A stretch of 64,000 nucleotides of DNA, from NCBI RefSeq assembly GCF_006345805.1, contig NC_042999.1:99696001-99760000 (forward strand), written 5' to 3'. The number at the start of each line of letters is the position of its first letter. Position 1 is the stretch's first letter. Below are positions 1 through 12,740 of this stretch, piece after piece. Made by a program: the position numbers and the translations under genes. This DNA is from Octopus sinensis. Taxonomy: Eukaryota. The notes under the pieces were generated by a model, which ran no database searches, was not told where the DNA came from, and saw only the letters and a list, made by a program, of their open reading frames with translations.

Positions 1-149
1 ATATATATATATATACATATATACATATATTATATATAAATATATATATATATAGAGAGAGAGAGAGAGGGGGGCATGCACGCACGCACACACACACACA
101 CACAAGTCTGATGTATGCGGGTATACTTTCATTATACAGTTATAACTAA

Positions 150-348
150 GGTGGAGAGATGATATAATAGTTGGGTAAAAGCCTCCAGCATTTCTTCCAA
201 CTATGTTCTGAGTTCAAAACCCGCTGGAATCAACTTTGCCTTTAGGCCCTGAGGAGATGACGAAATAAATTACGAATCAAATACTGGTATTGATGTGGTC
301 GACTATGCCCTCCTCTCGAAACTTTCTTGTGTCTAAACCAGAAGTCAT
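150..348 (+). mobile_element. Decayed SINE with Nin/Deu-like core
   Basis: GAGTTCAAA (B-box-like) followed by CAACTTTGCCTTT...AAATACTGG, the same core as better-preserved copies at 22305-22707 and 62405-62608. Confidence 0.55.
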
Positions 349-357
349 AGTTACAGT

Positions 358-388
<31 letters not shown>

Positions 389-395
389 ATATATA

Positions 396-436
<41 letters not shown>

Positions 437-1697
437 CAGTTATTACCGATGCAGAGATTATGTGAACATCATAATGAACTGCAGTATGTTCCTTATATTA
501 TTAATAAATAGGTTTCCTGTGTCATCATGCATGCACTCTGAAATATAAAAAAATAACGGTATCTTGCTAAAGAAATATGTTTTGCTAATCAGGAAATGTT
601 GGAAAATGTAATTGACTAAGACCACAAATTCTGTCTATGAATAACACGAGTGTAGCATTGTAGGATCTTCGACATGATCGCCCAATTTGCTTGAGATATC
701 AGCCATATTTTAGTAAAATCCCATCCTATTACTTTAAAAAGGAACAAAACAATGAATGGTTTAGTCCTAAATATACTAGTGCTGAAAACTAAGATGGCTT
801 TGCCATGGCTGGAAAGCCTTTTGTCAGGGGTCTGTTTATCTGGGTCTAATAAGGAACAACAGCGTTAATTTCTTTCAAAAATTAACACTGTCATAATGTA
901 TTTATCACTAACAATACTATATTTCACCTAATCAACCACAGAATTATGGCTTTCCTCCTTATAATGGAGATGTTTGCTGTTATACGTAAACTCTCCACTA
1001 AGAACACTGACGTGCTAATTCCTTCTTAGCACGCACTAAAATATCTCTGACCATCAGCGAGATATTGGCTTTGTACACCAAAAAGATATATATTTTGTCC
1101 AGCACTATTTTATCAACGATATCCACTCCACCAACACATATGTCCAGTCTACAATCAAAAAAATACGTTCTGCTCAGCATTGTCAACGATAATCGTACCA
1201 CTAAACTTACCGATCTCTTATATATATATATATATATATATATTCTTTTTGCTAATTTGTTTACAAAGTGGAATATCCTAGTTTGCTTTGAGGAAGTGGA
1301 AATGTATGACTTTTTGGGTTCTGACTCAGACTATCACGAGTTTCTTCGGCAATAATTTTGCTGAGATCAACATATATCTGCCGTGCAATTTTGGTATTTC
1401 TTTACTTTTTTCAGTCATTAGACAGTGGCTATGCTGGCAAAACGTTTGGAAAAATATATCAAAACTACTTTACGTATAGATATGTTCCGTTTATTTTAAA
1501 TCACGCTATATCTAGTCCATTATCACAAGTATGTACTAGAATATAATCTGTAGTCCGAGGTGTTTTCTCATCATTGTGAATAAAATCATAGTGAATAAAT
1601 ATCCATCAATCGACCCATCCATCCAGTCATCCATCCATCCGGTCTTCCATCCATCCATCCATCCATCCATCCATCCATCCATCCATCCATACATACA

Positions 1698-1731
<34 letters not shown>

Positions 1732-2140
1732 AGCACATATACTCTTAGAGTCTGTCTATCTGTCTCTGTCTTTCTCTCCTCTCTTTCTTTCTCTTTGTCT
1801 CTCTCTTTCCTTCCCCCTCTCTCAAATGCTCATATATTTTTAATATAAAAATTAGTTAAAGAGTGACCACTGGTATGAATTGGAACGAGAAAGACAAATA
1901 AAAGTATATCAAATACTATGTAAGTCTTTCATTTGGAATGAGTTTTTTTCTCACAGCATTATTTGACGTATTTCCATTCGGCAACCTGAGTTAAGCAGCT
2001 TCATTTTAATCAAAGTAAATGTATATTACGTTATATTATAAACCATTCATTTTCCATACAGTCGAACTGTTTTGGATGAAAGAACCTTTGACTATAAGTT
2101 TAAACCACCTTTGTTTTCAGAGCCTTGACTCGGTTCCGTG

Positions 2141-3640
2141 TTTTTTTTTTCCTTTAAATTACACTGACCGTAAAAGAAACGCGTTACGTGTGTGACTGTG
2201 AAATATGTTTTAAATTTCAATATGTCGGAGATCAATTCTTTTAGAACGTCCAGACCAAAATTTTCTCTTAATTCCTCGTACCCTGTTCTTGCCTGTATCC
2301 TTTTTCTATCTATATCCATCTTCCAACACTTATATCCCTTTTTATGTTTAACAATTACATCCCTTTGACATTGTAAATCTAACACACACATGTCCCAACC
2401 CACTACACTAGCCTGTCCCTCCATATCCACAAGTTTTGCCATCCTCCATCCAGCCACCTCATTGATCAGTTCCTCATCCGCATCTTCCGTTAAAACGCAT
2501 ACATATCATGTTTCAGAGGGGAGGGTTTTTTGTATTTCTCTTATTTTTCCTTTTTATTTTGTAAAGGAAGGGAAAGGGTAGGTTTGGTGTCTGTAAGGAG
2601 AGGGTGGGTCTGAGAGGGTGTGGGTAGGGTGGGGATGGCTTGGGGGTTCACTTCGTGCTGACCTTTTCTTTCTTTCTCTCTCTGCCAATGTCCAAAATTC
2701 CTTTCTCTCTTTTTCCTCCATTTGCACCTCTTGTTTCTTTTCAGAATTCTCCTCCATCCTATCCGTATTTTGTTTCTGCAGAGGGCAGTGTGCACTTGTG
2801 GCTTTTTTGGCCACATTTAAAACACCGAGGTATACTGCCCTCCATCCATACTCTCAAAATCGCCTCTCCCACGGTCATTGTTTCGGCTAATCTTTCCAAG
2901 GTTCCCATATCTGCCTGCGCCACGAGTTCTAATTTCTTCCCTTTCCATCTTGCTTCCAAAGTTTCGGAGGATTGTAGGACCGCCACCTCCTCAATGTTTC
3001 CATATGGGACAGCCACTGCGACCCAATTTGCCTTTATTGTGTTTCCTGCCTACCTCCTTGCTATTTCTTCAGCCCTGTATTGGACAACCACTGTCCCAAA
3101 TCTATTTCCTCTCGACATGAATACAACATTATTGTGTACCGCATTCAACGCTTTTTCAATTATTTCCGCCTCCACTTGATCTATCTTTTTTTCTTTCACT
3201 GCATACATTTTGTAGACGATGGTTTTCCTTGCCATGTCTTCCATAACCCTCTGTGGTGGGGATAACTTCACGTCACCACCCACTCTGTTTGCCATCTTTT
3301 GGTGTTCCTTAACGTTTAACATGTTTATTTCTTTTGTTTTTGTCCCTCTCATCTCCGCAAAACTTCTTTTTTCCAAATACTTATCCAACTTGTTCACAGC
3401 TTTAATCAATTCCTACTCCGAAGAGGATAATTCGGATCCACTCAGATCCGAATAAAACATTCTACTCGTCGCCATCGCCATCTCTCAATAGAGAGAAAGC
3501 TTAACCAGGAAAATCCGCTGCAAAGTAGCACAAAACGAAACAAATTACAACAAACTTTCAGCACAAATGAACGACGTACGTCATAAAAGGAGTTCAAATT
3601 GATTTTCATACTCATAACCTCCACGAGATGCACGTGCATT
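2141..3640 (-). mobile_element. Non-LTR retroelement carrying only a decayed ORF1 (gag-like, CCHC zinc knuckle; L1/Tx1-type ORF1-like) with a poly(A) end
   Basis: ATG at 3481 (MAMATSRMF...) is in frame with ORFs 3050-3409 and 2759-3016. A frameshift in the knuckle joins RVWMEGSIPRCFKCGQKSH to SAHCP (CX2CX4HX4C), then the frame continues through ORFs 2554-2814 and 2092-2457 to an A10 run (T10 at 2141-2150). The 5' boundary is approximate. Confidence 0.7.
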
Positions 3641-5031
3641 TTGGTTTTCAGGACAATTGTTTGCGACTGTCCCCCACGGCATTCAATGCCGCTGTGTTTT
3701 GGCGTCTCGTTTCAAGAAAAGTTGAAAGGTGACCTGCAATCTGGGTGTCAGTCATAAACCAGTATGTTTTGGAATATTTACACTTATATCCGCGAAATAA
3801 ATTTTCAGAATTTATCACATAAAATGACATTTGAAAACATCGCATTTCTTTTGCGGTTCAGTGTATTACTAATGGAAATTCCTGCTGTTTGACTTAGTCA
3901 CTGAGAGTGATTGAAGAGGAAATTTCGGTCAAAAGCCGCATATTATAAGATTCTATATGCTATCAGATTTAAAATATGCTTATAAACAACAGAGTTATAC
4001 AATTTCCATCAACACTTCTTCATCCTGTTTTACTGATTATCATTAACAAGATTAATAACAGTTGCATCATGGTACAAGTGAGCATAGATCTATTGTTTGT
4101 TATTTCTCCTGCACTAAATCATAGCTGATAACATATTTTCATAGTATATCCAATTTATTACCGAACACGTCTTATAATTTATCTAATATTCATGCTACTT
4201 GCCGAGATTACTGATTAATACAGTGTAACATAATAATTTTGATTTATACAAACAGACGAAATTATAACACACAAGGAATTTTACACAAATAATCATTGCA
4301 TTATATTTATCTACACAAGAAAAATCCAAAAACAGATTTAGGAACACGCATCATTAAGATTAAAAATAATGCTTTTAAAATGTCTACAAAACATTATCAG
4401 GTCATTTTTGTGCACTAGTTGGCTTTCTTTCTTTGATCATAGGCAGCTGGACTTCACAGGAGACGTACATATTTTGGATGTGTCCCACTTACGGGGAGAA
4501 TAATAACGTGATAATATTTTTCTTTATATCAATCTTTTATTTCAAGTATACAGAAATGGAAATGGAATATTTGGCTAGTAATTTAGAGAAAATATACATC
4601 ATATACAATATAGTTTATAATACTGTCAATATAAGCGATGAATGATTAAATATTACAGAGTGCATACTATATACACTATAATCTCACATATACTATATGT
4701 AGTTACAAATCCAAAGCACGTGATGAAATTCTTACAATGTATAAAGGAGTTAAAAGACATTATTTCTGCAAAACTTTCTCTTAAAATGACGTCAACTTGA
4801 AGCTATTTCTTAACCATATACATTATCTAGAGGAACCAATGATTGTAGAAGCACTTTGCTTTCTTAATTCGGAGAGTAATAAGAATGATAATACAGAGTC
4901 CATCCGAAGGAGTCAACAAACCAACTTTTCTTGGCTGGCAGTAATCTATATTAAACATGATTTCTGGAGTATATTCTTCATTGCCTGCAAACATGATGAA
5001 TGAGAGGATATACAGGAATAGAGTATATATG

Positions 5032-5076
<45 letters not shown>

Positions 5077-5117
5077 TATATATAATATATATATACATGT
5101 ACAATATACATGTATAT

Positions 5118-5162
<45 letters not shown>

Positions 5163-5291
5163 CATGTACATATATACATGTATATATTATATATATATAT
5201 ATATACATGTGTATATATGTATATATATGTATTATATATATATAATATACATGTACATATATACATGTGTATATATGTATTATATATAATA

Positions 5292-5333
<42 letters not shown>

Positions 5334-5874
5334 GCACACACACACATAACTTTAATTAAATATAGGAACAGAAAAATTGTACTAAACAGAGGAAGAAACA
5401 AGCAGGGCATTTCTTCTTACACGGTACAAGAAATCAATAAAAAGAAATGGTCGCACAAAAGATTGGAGTTACATTCTATTCTCCTCGCGGGGATTGAAAC
5501 ATGTCCGACATTTTCTTTAAACTCTAATAACAGCGGAACCCATAGAAACGGGAATAATTACTGTGCATCGGTAACAATATCAAGAAAAAACAATAACTAA
5601 CAGTAAAATAACACAAACTACATTATTCACTCTAAGACTACACACAGGCACGCGCGCGTGCACGCACACACATTCACGTATACCCACATTTGTGTATGCG
5701 CGCATGTAAATATAAACAATGTGAGAGTATCTATGTTTTGATTGTTGCCATGTTATTCTAACATAGTTTGAGGTTTGTCAGCTTCCAGAGGAATGAGATG
5801 TCGAGTTGAAAATAAGCAATCATATATTATGAACTTTCACGTATATTTTTCTTAATTTTCGTATTTTCATGACA

Positions 5875-5917
<43 letters not shown>

Positions 5918-6289
5918 AATTGTACCGTTCTGTTATTCCTGGGATCAACAAAAATAGTACTCCATCCATTTTGAGATAAATATCATTTAATATACACAGG
6001 ATTTAAATGCGAGCTATTATTAGTTTCATGCCTCTAAAATACAAAAGTCAAACTTGTATACCATAGCGTGTATTTCTAGGCAATTGTTCAGACTCGAAAT
6101 ACAGCATGGCTGCTCTTTGTGAAAAGCGGGAAAGCACGAGAAGGACGAGAAGAAGAATTTAAGAGAAGGCAGAGGTAAAGGAATTATGGGTTGCGTCTCT
6201 TGGGTCCGTTTAAATATTAATATGGTCGGTGTAATTAATCCAACAATGAAAGTTTTAAATTTGTGATACTACACGGTTATTACAGAGAA

Positions 6290-6790
6290 GGTGGTGTTTT
6301 AATGGAACTTTCAGAGCTAGAATTCAGTAAGTCAGTAGAGTTCGTCGATCTAAAATGGAAAGATCTTTCAGCTATATAAAGCCTGCATCTCTTTATTCCG
6401 TTGATGTATGCCATGTTTCGCCTCATGATGTTACATGTAATAAAGTTTGGCGAATTCAGATCCCATATATGGCTAGCTAACTTCAAGGTCTCCCTTTTAT
6501 CCTCGTGTCGGAAAGAAGACTGATAGGTGGCATATAATTCTAAGTCACTTTAGAAAGTAATTTTCTTTCAAGTTTCAGTATTTTAGAGCATTAAAGTAAC
6601 TTCTGCCTCAAAAGCTATTGAACTTAACCTTACAAGCTTAGTTGAGTGCGCAGGGTTTTGGTCGTCTCATACAGTTAAAATTTGGACTTGATATTTGATG
6701 CAACTTGCGCCTGATAATATTTTTTATGTTGGGGCAGCAGCTGTATGAAACCTCTACCGAATATCTATTAAATATTTTTAGAGATTAGAT
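6290..6790 (-). mobile_element. Penelope-like element remnant (linker plus GIY-YIG endonuclease C-terminal region), frameshifted
   Basis: Manual minus-strand translation gives LKIFNRYSVEVSYSCCPNIKNII, NCMRRPKPCALN, and SSFRHEDKRETLKLASHIWDLN...AYINGIKRCRL...DLLNSSSE. These match the typical Penelope motifs KIFNRNTVKxSYSCxPN, CNC..CPL and SF....ELSKYIW...KRCxLC...LLN. Confidence 0.75.
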
Positions 6791-6799
6791 GCTATTCGT

Positions 6800-7100
6800 A
6801 TGGAATACATCATCAATTAATTACGGACCATGCATTTTCAGTTCTATTATGTTATGATCTGAGAAAATTGTCGGTGATGCCTTCACATCGTGGATACGTT
6901 CCATGTTATTTAGCGGAGGAATGTTGTTTCTGGTTGGAAAAAAAGTTTGTTTTGCTCCATGAACATCATTTTAGCGAGATCAAGCAGAAATTCTACCAAA
7001 TTGGCCTCTTTGTTTGTTATTCCTGAGATTATGTCACCTTCAGGTCATCTGATAAAGGGGAAGTTGAAGTCACCCATCAGAAGCACGTAATTGTAATGTT
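6800..7100 (-). mobile_element. LINE (CR1/L2-like) apurinic endonuclease remnant
   Basis: Minus strand encodes VLLMGDFNFPFIR*PEG, FPTRNN and PTIFSDHNIIEL: the GDFN, PTR and SDH motifs of LINE APE domains, in the expected order. Confidence 0.75.
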
Positions 7101-7129
7101 TAATTAAACACTACTGTCTATATCACGCT

Positions 7130-7708
7130 CAGAGATTTAATATAGCTTATTTCTTCTTTTTCGAGATCAGCGACGGTTTGTCGCTGGAAAAAGCATATAG
7201 TATTTTGCTAGTGGAGTGATTTTTCATTACTAACTGGCGGTTAACACACGCTGAGGACGGATAACCACCCAGAAACTCGAGTCCGTGTGTATCACGTAAT
7301 GGTAGATATGGGAGCGATGACTTCCCCTCGCAAATATTAATCGAACGCAGAATGTGTGTCGTTAGCCAGCTGGAAGAGATGTTTTCCTGGGGTTATAAGA
7401 GAGAACGAGACAGATAAGAAGAGAGACAGCACAGCGATGGTTTTGGCTGTCATCCTGTACTCCCGTTGTTGCTAGCGAAATGGTATGTGCCGGCTGTCTG
7501 AGCAAACACGCTACTTTTATTGGCGGAACAAACAGGACAAAAAGATTAGAAAAATAGCGATTCTCACATTGAAACTAACAATTTTGAAGATACTTTTACA
7601 TTACAGAACACCCCGCTCTCTTCTTCATGCATCCATGTTTAAAATTTCAGAGCGATTGGATGAACAACCCGGTTTATAAGCGCACAAACAGACAAACAAG
7701 CAAAACAG

Positions 7709-7710
<2 letters not shown>
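7130..7710 (+). mobile_element. Possible non-autonomous Helitron/Helentron-like repeat
   Basis: Subterminal hairpin CAGCGAC-GGTTT-GTCGCTG (7168-7186) and a 3' end AAATTTCAGAGCGATTGG...ACAAACAGACAAAC running into (TA)n, an architecture common in short Helitron-like repeats. No coding evidence. Confidence 0.35.
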
Positions 7711-7751
<41 letters not shown>

Positions 7752-7770
7752 ATCCGTATGTATGGATATA

Positions 7771-8588
7771 CAGGATCTTTGGGGTTTTTTCTCCCAATCG
7801 TTTTCAAACTTGGTATATGCATTAAGTTTTGTAAACTAATTATGAAAATGAAATTCATTTTTTCTATAAATCCATAATTAAAAAGTTATTAGCCCTTAAA
7901 TTTTGCAAAATTCGGGTATTTTAACCAATCAGAAACGAGTATTTTACACATCACCATGGCGAAAAACCAAAGTTACTGCGCATGCGCATATGGAGGAGAA
8001 AGAGATACGTGAAAGATAATCTTTAACTATAATAATACGCTTGTGCTTTTCTCCGTCACAACATATGAATGAAATAGAAAGGGATGTTGGATGAATAAGG
8101 AACGAAGGGGTAATGGCAAACTGTGTGTGCATGTAAAAGGAAGGTATGTGAATGTGTGTGTGTACGTCTATTGCAAACTTTCTTTCTTGAATTATTTAAA
8201 CTAATAAATTTCTGTTTTAAATTTTGTGTTGACTGTTACTCCTAGCAAATCCTGTTGGTTTGTTTGTTCGTAGCTTTAAATATTTAATTTGCTCGCGAAT
8301 GTTTTAATGTTAACTTCATATACACGAATGATATTTTGATGTTTTGACATGCCGACACCCACCCCACCCCTCTGATGATGGACGAGGCAGCGAACGCGCT
8401 TTTTTCTGACTGGACGAAAATTCTGAAAATGATCAAACTTTGAACAGCTGTTAAATTTTTGCCAAAGTTTTCTAGAAAACATAAATTACACATTCGGATT
8501 CAGCGTCATAAATTACATCTATCTGATTCATTAAAAAATTTTTTAAAAAATAATTTTGAATTGTGCCGAAAGCCACAAAGACCCGATG
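7771..8588. mobile_element. Possible MITE with imperfect TIRs and TA flanks
   Basis: Left end CAGGATCTTTGGGG resembles the reverse complement of the right end, CATCGGGTCTTTGTGG; both ends abut TA. Confidence 0.35.
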
Positions 8589-8621
<33 letters not shown>

Positions 8622-8649
8622 TATATATATTAATTTATTATATAGAAGG

Positions 8650-8700
8650 AGCTTCTACAGGACTAGAACTGTTTCATTCAAGAGAAATCTTCAGGAAGCT
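8650..8700 (-). ncRNA. Type I hammerhead ribozyme (Penelope/retrozyme-type)
   Basis: Minus strand reads AGCUUC-CUGAAGA-U UUC UCUU GAA U-GAA-ACAG UUCUAGUC CUGU-A-GAAGCU: 6-bp stem I, intact CUGANGA and GAAA cores, 3-bp stem II, 4-bp stem III, GUA cleavage triplet. Confidence 0.75.
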
Positions 8701-8919
8701 AGTTAACAAGAATTGTATTGGCATTTATACATTTAGGCAGGTTTATAGGGGTGGTGGTGGGGGACTTTTTGGGGGTAGGCATAGCGCAAAAAAATCATAC
8801 TTGGGGGAGTGGTCAAGGAGTCAGTGGTAAATTAGATAGAAGAATAAATAAAAGAATAAAAAAAGAATAAAATACAAAAATATATAGAAGAATAGAGTTT
8901 TAGGTAAATAAGGAAATTC

Positions 8920-9009
8920 TCAACACACACACATATACATACACACATACATACACACACACCCATATATATATATATATATACACACACACATATACAT
9001 ACATATATC

Positions 9010-9055
<46 letters not shown>

Positions 9056-9273
9056 CATACATACACATATACATGCATATACACATACACACACATGTAT
9101 ATATACACACACCACCACACATACACATACACACAAAAAAATATATACATACACACACATACACATACACACATACACACACATATCCACATACACACAT
9201 GCACACACAACACACAAGTCCCTATATACTCATATATACATATACACATATATGTATGTACACACACACACAT

Positions 9274-9307
<34 letters not shown>

Positions 9308-9440
9308 CATACATACATATGTGTACCTATTCATACACACATATGTACGTATACACACACACACATATACACATACATACACACACATACATACATATGT
9401 GTACCTATTCATACCTACACATACACACATATATACATAC
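8920..9440. repeat. Compound (CA)n/(TA)n/(TACA)n microsatellite field
   Basis: Direct inspection; representative of many such arrays (e.g. 5030-5345, 28220-28480, 42988-43190, 53865-53960). Confidence 0.95.
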
Positions 9441-9885
9441 AATTACAAACCCATTCCCTAATTTTAATTTTATTATCTTCATTTATTACTTTTGTTATCT
9501 TTGACCGCTGGTCACAAACATCTTGGCTAGTCCCTTTTATCTTTCTACTTGAGCACAAGCACTCACTCACGCACGCACACTCATTAGCACGCACACACAC
9601 TCTCATTCGTACACTCATACACATACACGCACGCACGCGTTATATTCATACATACATACATCTACATACATACACGTATATACACATACGTACGCGTACC
9701 TACAGATTCATGTCTACAATCTTAGAAGACTAGTCTATACATATACACCAAATATATATACACACATACATATACACCTACATACAAATACATACATACA
9801 TATATATACACACATATAATTTTACTCTGCTATGTATTGAGTACCTTATTTACTGTGGTTAACCCCGAATCAACCCGGGACCTAC

Positions 9886-9919
<34 letters not shown>

Positions 9920-10216
9920 ATATACACGTATATACATATGCGTTTGTACATATATGTACATTTATATATATACGTATGTATGCATATGTGTGTGTGTGCG
10001 TATATGTACATTTATATGTATGTATATACACACACACACGCATACACGCACCACTAATTTTTGTATATCTGACACGTTATGACATGTATGTGCGTAAAGC
10101 AACATATAATCGCTTACAGATATCTATTCCTTTCAGCACACGGAAATACACCCTTATATACATTTATATATGTATAAAATGTGTGTGTGCATATATATAT
10201 CCATATATATATACAT

Positions 10217-10259
<43 letters not shown>

Positions 10260-10333
10260 TATTATATATATAATATATATATATACATATATATATATAT
10301 ACATATATATATACACACACACACACACATATG

Positions 10334-10879
10334 GTGGCTGCCCTCTCGTTATCGATTATGGCCATTGCACGAAGCTTAATCAATGTTGTTATTGTGCAAT
10401 GCCTGTGCAAGAAGATTTTTTTTTAAAGTGAAGAAAGGTTGTGCACTGAGCCAATCCCACTCACTAAGCAACAGCAGTCATAATCCGAAAAGAAGAACAT
10501 GTCAACATCATCGGTAACCACTGAGCCGCAGGTTTTATGTCGGAGTTATCCTAGTTACCTGAGTTACCTTCTCCTAGAAGGATGCCCTAACAAAGGCTAG
10601 GAGTCCTTCACCCCCAATGGTTTAACCGCGCGATCGGGTACTCAGTCCGATTATTTCTATGTCCCCGCGCATGATACATCCTTAAGACATTTATTGGATG
10701 GCCGTTGACTCTCAAGAGTTCCTCCACCCTTTGATGGGTTTTGTTTTTCATCCCGCAGGGTGTCCAATAAACACCCTCCTCACCAAGTAAGCTTGGTGGG
10801 GTTGCCGGTTTAGTCGCCGACGACCCGACCATGCAACAGGTTGTACTGGGTTACATGTTACCAGTAGCACTCGAAAGTG

Positions 10880-10883
<4 letters not shown>
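10334..10883 (-). mobile_element. Dispersed repeat resembling an RTE-type 5'UTR-derived element
   Basis: About 205 bp recurs in inverted orientation at 31107-31313. It contains GGGCATCCTTCTAGGAGAAGGTAACTC, reminiscent of RTE 5'UTRs, and ends against (CA)n arrays. Confidence 0.55.
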
Positions 10884-10955
<72 letters not shown>

Positions 10956-11077
10956 GAAATAAAGGAATTTTTAAAAATATCATACGAATAATATATAAAA
11001 AGGAAAAGGATCAAGAACGACAATGGATAATCAAGTTGAACGAGTGTGTAAAGCAATGGCTTCATTTACATATATCT

Positions 11078-11383
11078 GTGGAGGCGCAATGGCTTAGTGG
11101 TTAGGGCAGTGGACTCGCGGTCGCAGGATCGCGGTTTTGATTCCCAGACCGGGCGTTGTCAGTCTTTATTGAGCGAAAACACCTAAAAGCTCCACGAGGC
11201 TCCGGCATGGTGTGGTGATCCCTGCTGTACCCTTTCACCACTCTTTCTCCTACTCTTTCTTCTGTTGGCCTGCTCGCTTAGCCAGCGGGGTTGGGTCATT
11301 CGAAAGCTAAAACAATGCAAACGCATTGTGACCAGCGATGTGTAACAACATCTGATGGTCTGGTCGGTCACGTGATCACGTGA
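11078..11383 (+). mobile_element. tRNA-derived SINE
   Basis: A-box TGGCTTAGTGG and B-box-like GGTTTTGATTCCC; head shared with copies at 23412, 35553 and 52894; its 3' part recurs at 59633-59743. Confidence 0.85.
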
Positions 11384-11511
11384 TATGTTTATCTAGTTTG
11401 TGCTCGTTTTGCCTGGCATTGCCTATATGATCACTTGTACATGGTGCAGATCATCATAGATATTGACCCATATATATACATATATATTATTTAATTATTT
11501 CTTTATTTATG

Positions 11512-11612
11512 CGCCCTTTTCAAGCCTAGCCAGGCTCATGGGCCCGGTTTCCCGATTTCTATGGCTTATGTGTTCCCCTCAGCTGGATGGGACACCAGTC
11601 CATCACAGCGTT
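11512..11612 (-). mobile_element. 3' fragment of tRNA-derived SINE
   Basis: Reverse complement of the tail of the 23412-23706 and 52894-53207 SINEs (CAAGCCTAGCCAGGCTCATGGGCCCGGTTTCCCG). Confidence 0.75.
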
Positions 11613-11850
11613 GTTTCTGGGGGGGGGAGAAGGAGTGAGAGAGAGGAAGAGAAATAATGAGTGAGACATACAGAAAGGAAGAGGCAGAGACGGGCGCGTG
11701 CCATAGGCGCACATGAATCTAGGCAGTACAATATTTGTTGGTTTGAGATATTTTATGACTGAAATTGCACAATTTGGTTACACTCTGGTACGCACACATA
11801 CACACACACACATACAAACACGCATGCACACGTAATCACCAACATATTGT

Positions 11851-12740
11851 CAGGGTATTCAGGCTAACTTTGACGATTTTTATGTCTCTTTTTTCTTCGA
11901 GGAACAGCTTAATGTATTGGTGAACAGTCAACGGCGTTGGGGAACAGAAATTACAGTTGTAATTGAGAAAAAGTTTGCTGACATGGTGGGTTCGGAAGCC
12001 ATCTGAATATTGGAAAAGAATTATCTGTATCATGACGATTTGCGCCAGGTGTCAAAATTCTGACATCACGACTGCTATCCAATGCTATGTGGACACCAAA
12101 AGCAGTAAGACATGACATGGACAGCTGCAAGGGGAACTATGCAGCTGTAGCCAGTAGGAAGAGACATAGTAGGTGTTCTGACTTCGTTCACACGCTGGGA
12201 TTCATCCCCACATCATCCAGCAGAACCTTAGACTCAATTCTGAGATGGTTATATGAAGCTACTGGAGAACGTGGTCAAACCCTGGCTGGAAGGTCAAATG
12301 TGTGGCAGCAGAATTTGGACTCCTTACCATTTCTCCGGAAAGAGTCATAAGTGGTTGTCGGAAAATTTCTACGACTTCATCAGCCCCAATTTCTTGTTTC
12401 CTAATCCTCCCGATTGTAATCACATGGGTTACTATGTGCAGGGTGCGGTTGAGAAACATACCAGTCGCTCTGGTTGCAACACCAGGTCCGAGCTGGTTTC
12501 CAAGATCAAGGAAGTGTCCGAAGATCATTCCAGGGACACAATGAGGAGCGCGTGCGCCAGGTTCCAGAACCGTCTTGAAGTCGTGATAGAAGCTGAGAGC
12601 AGTTACTTTGAGTTGACTGTTTTCTCCCATCCACAATCTTTAAAGTTTTTTTCCATTATTTTTCAAAATAATTTTATTTCTGGGTGTGATATTGTGCTTT
12701 TCCTTTTATGCAAACTGTCAAATTCAGACCGAAGATTCTG
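11851..12740 (+). mobile_element. Degenerate, internally deleted Tc1/mariner-superfamily transposon, DD37D (maT)-like
   Basis: Transposase C-terminus VVKPWL...VWQQ(N)...H.SGKSHKWLSENFYDFISPNFLFPNPPDCNHMGYYVQGAVEK...ACARFQNRLEVVIEAESSYFE. Spacing between the two decayed acidic positions is consistent with 37 residues. Imperfect TIRs CAGGGTATTCAGGCTAACTTTGAC / GTCAAATTCAGACCGAAGATTCTG. Confidence 0.75.

Noticed and set aside
11078-11155. tRNA-like sequences (also at 23412, 35553, 42512, 52894)
   Set aside because: These are SINE heads joined to SINE bodies, some with TSDs; they are not standalone tRNA genes.
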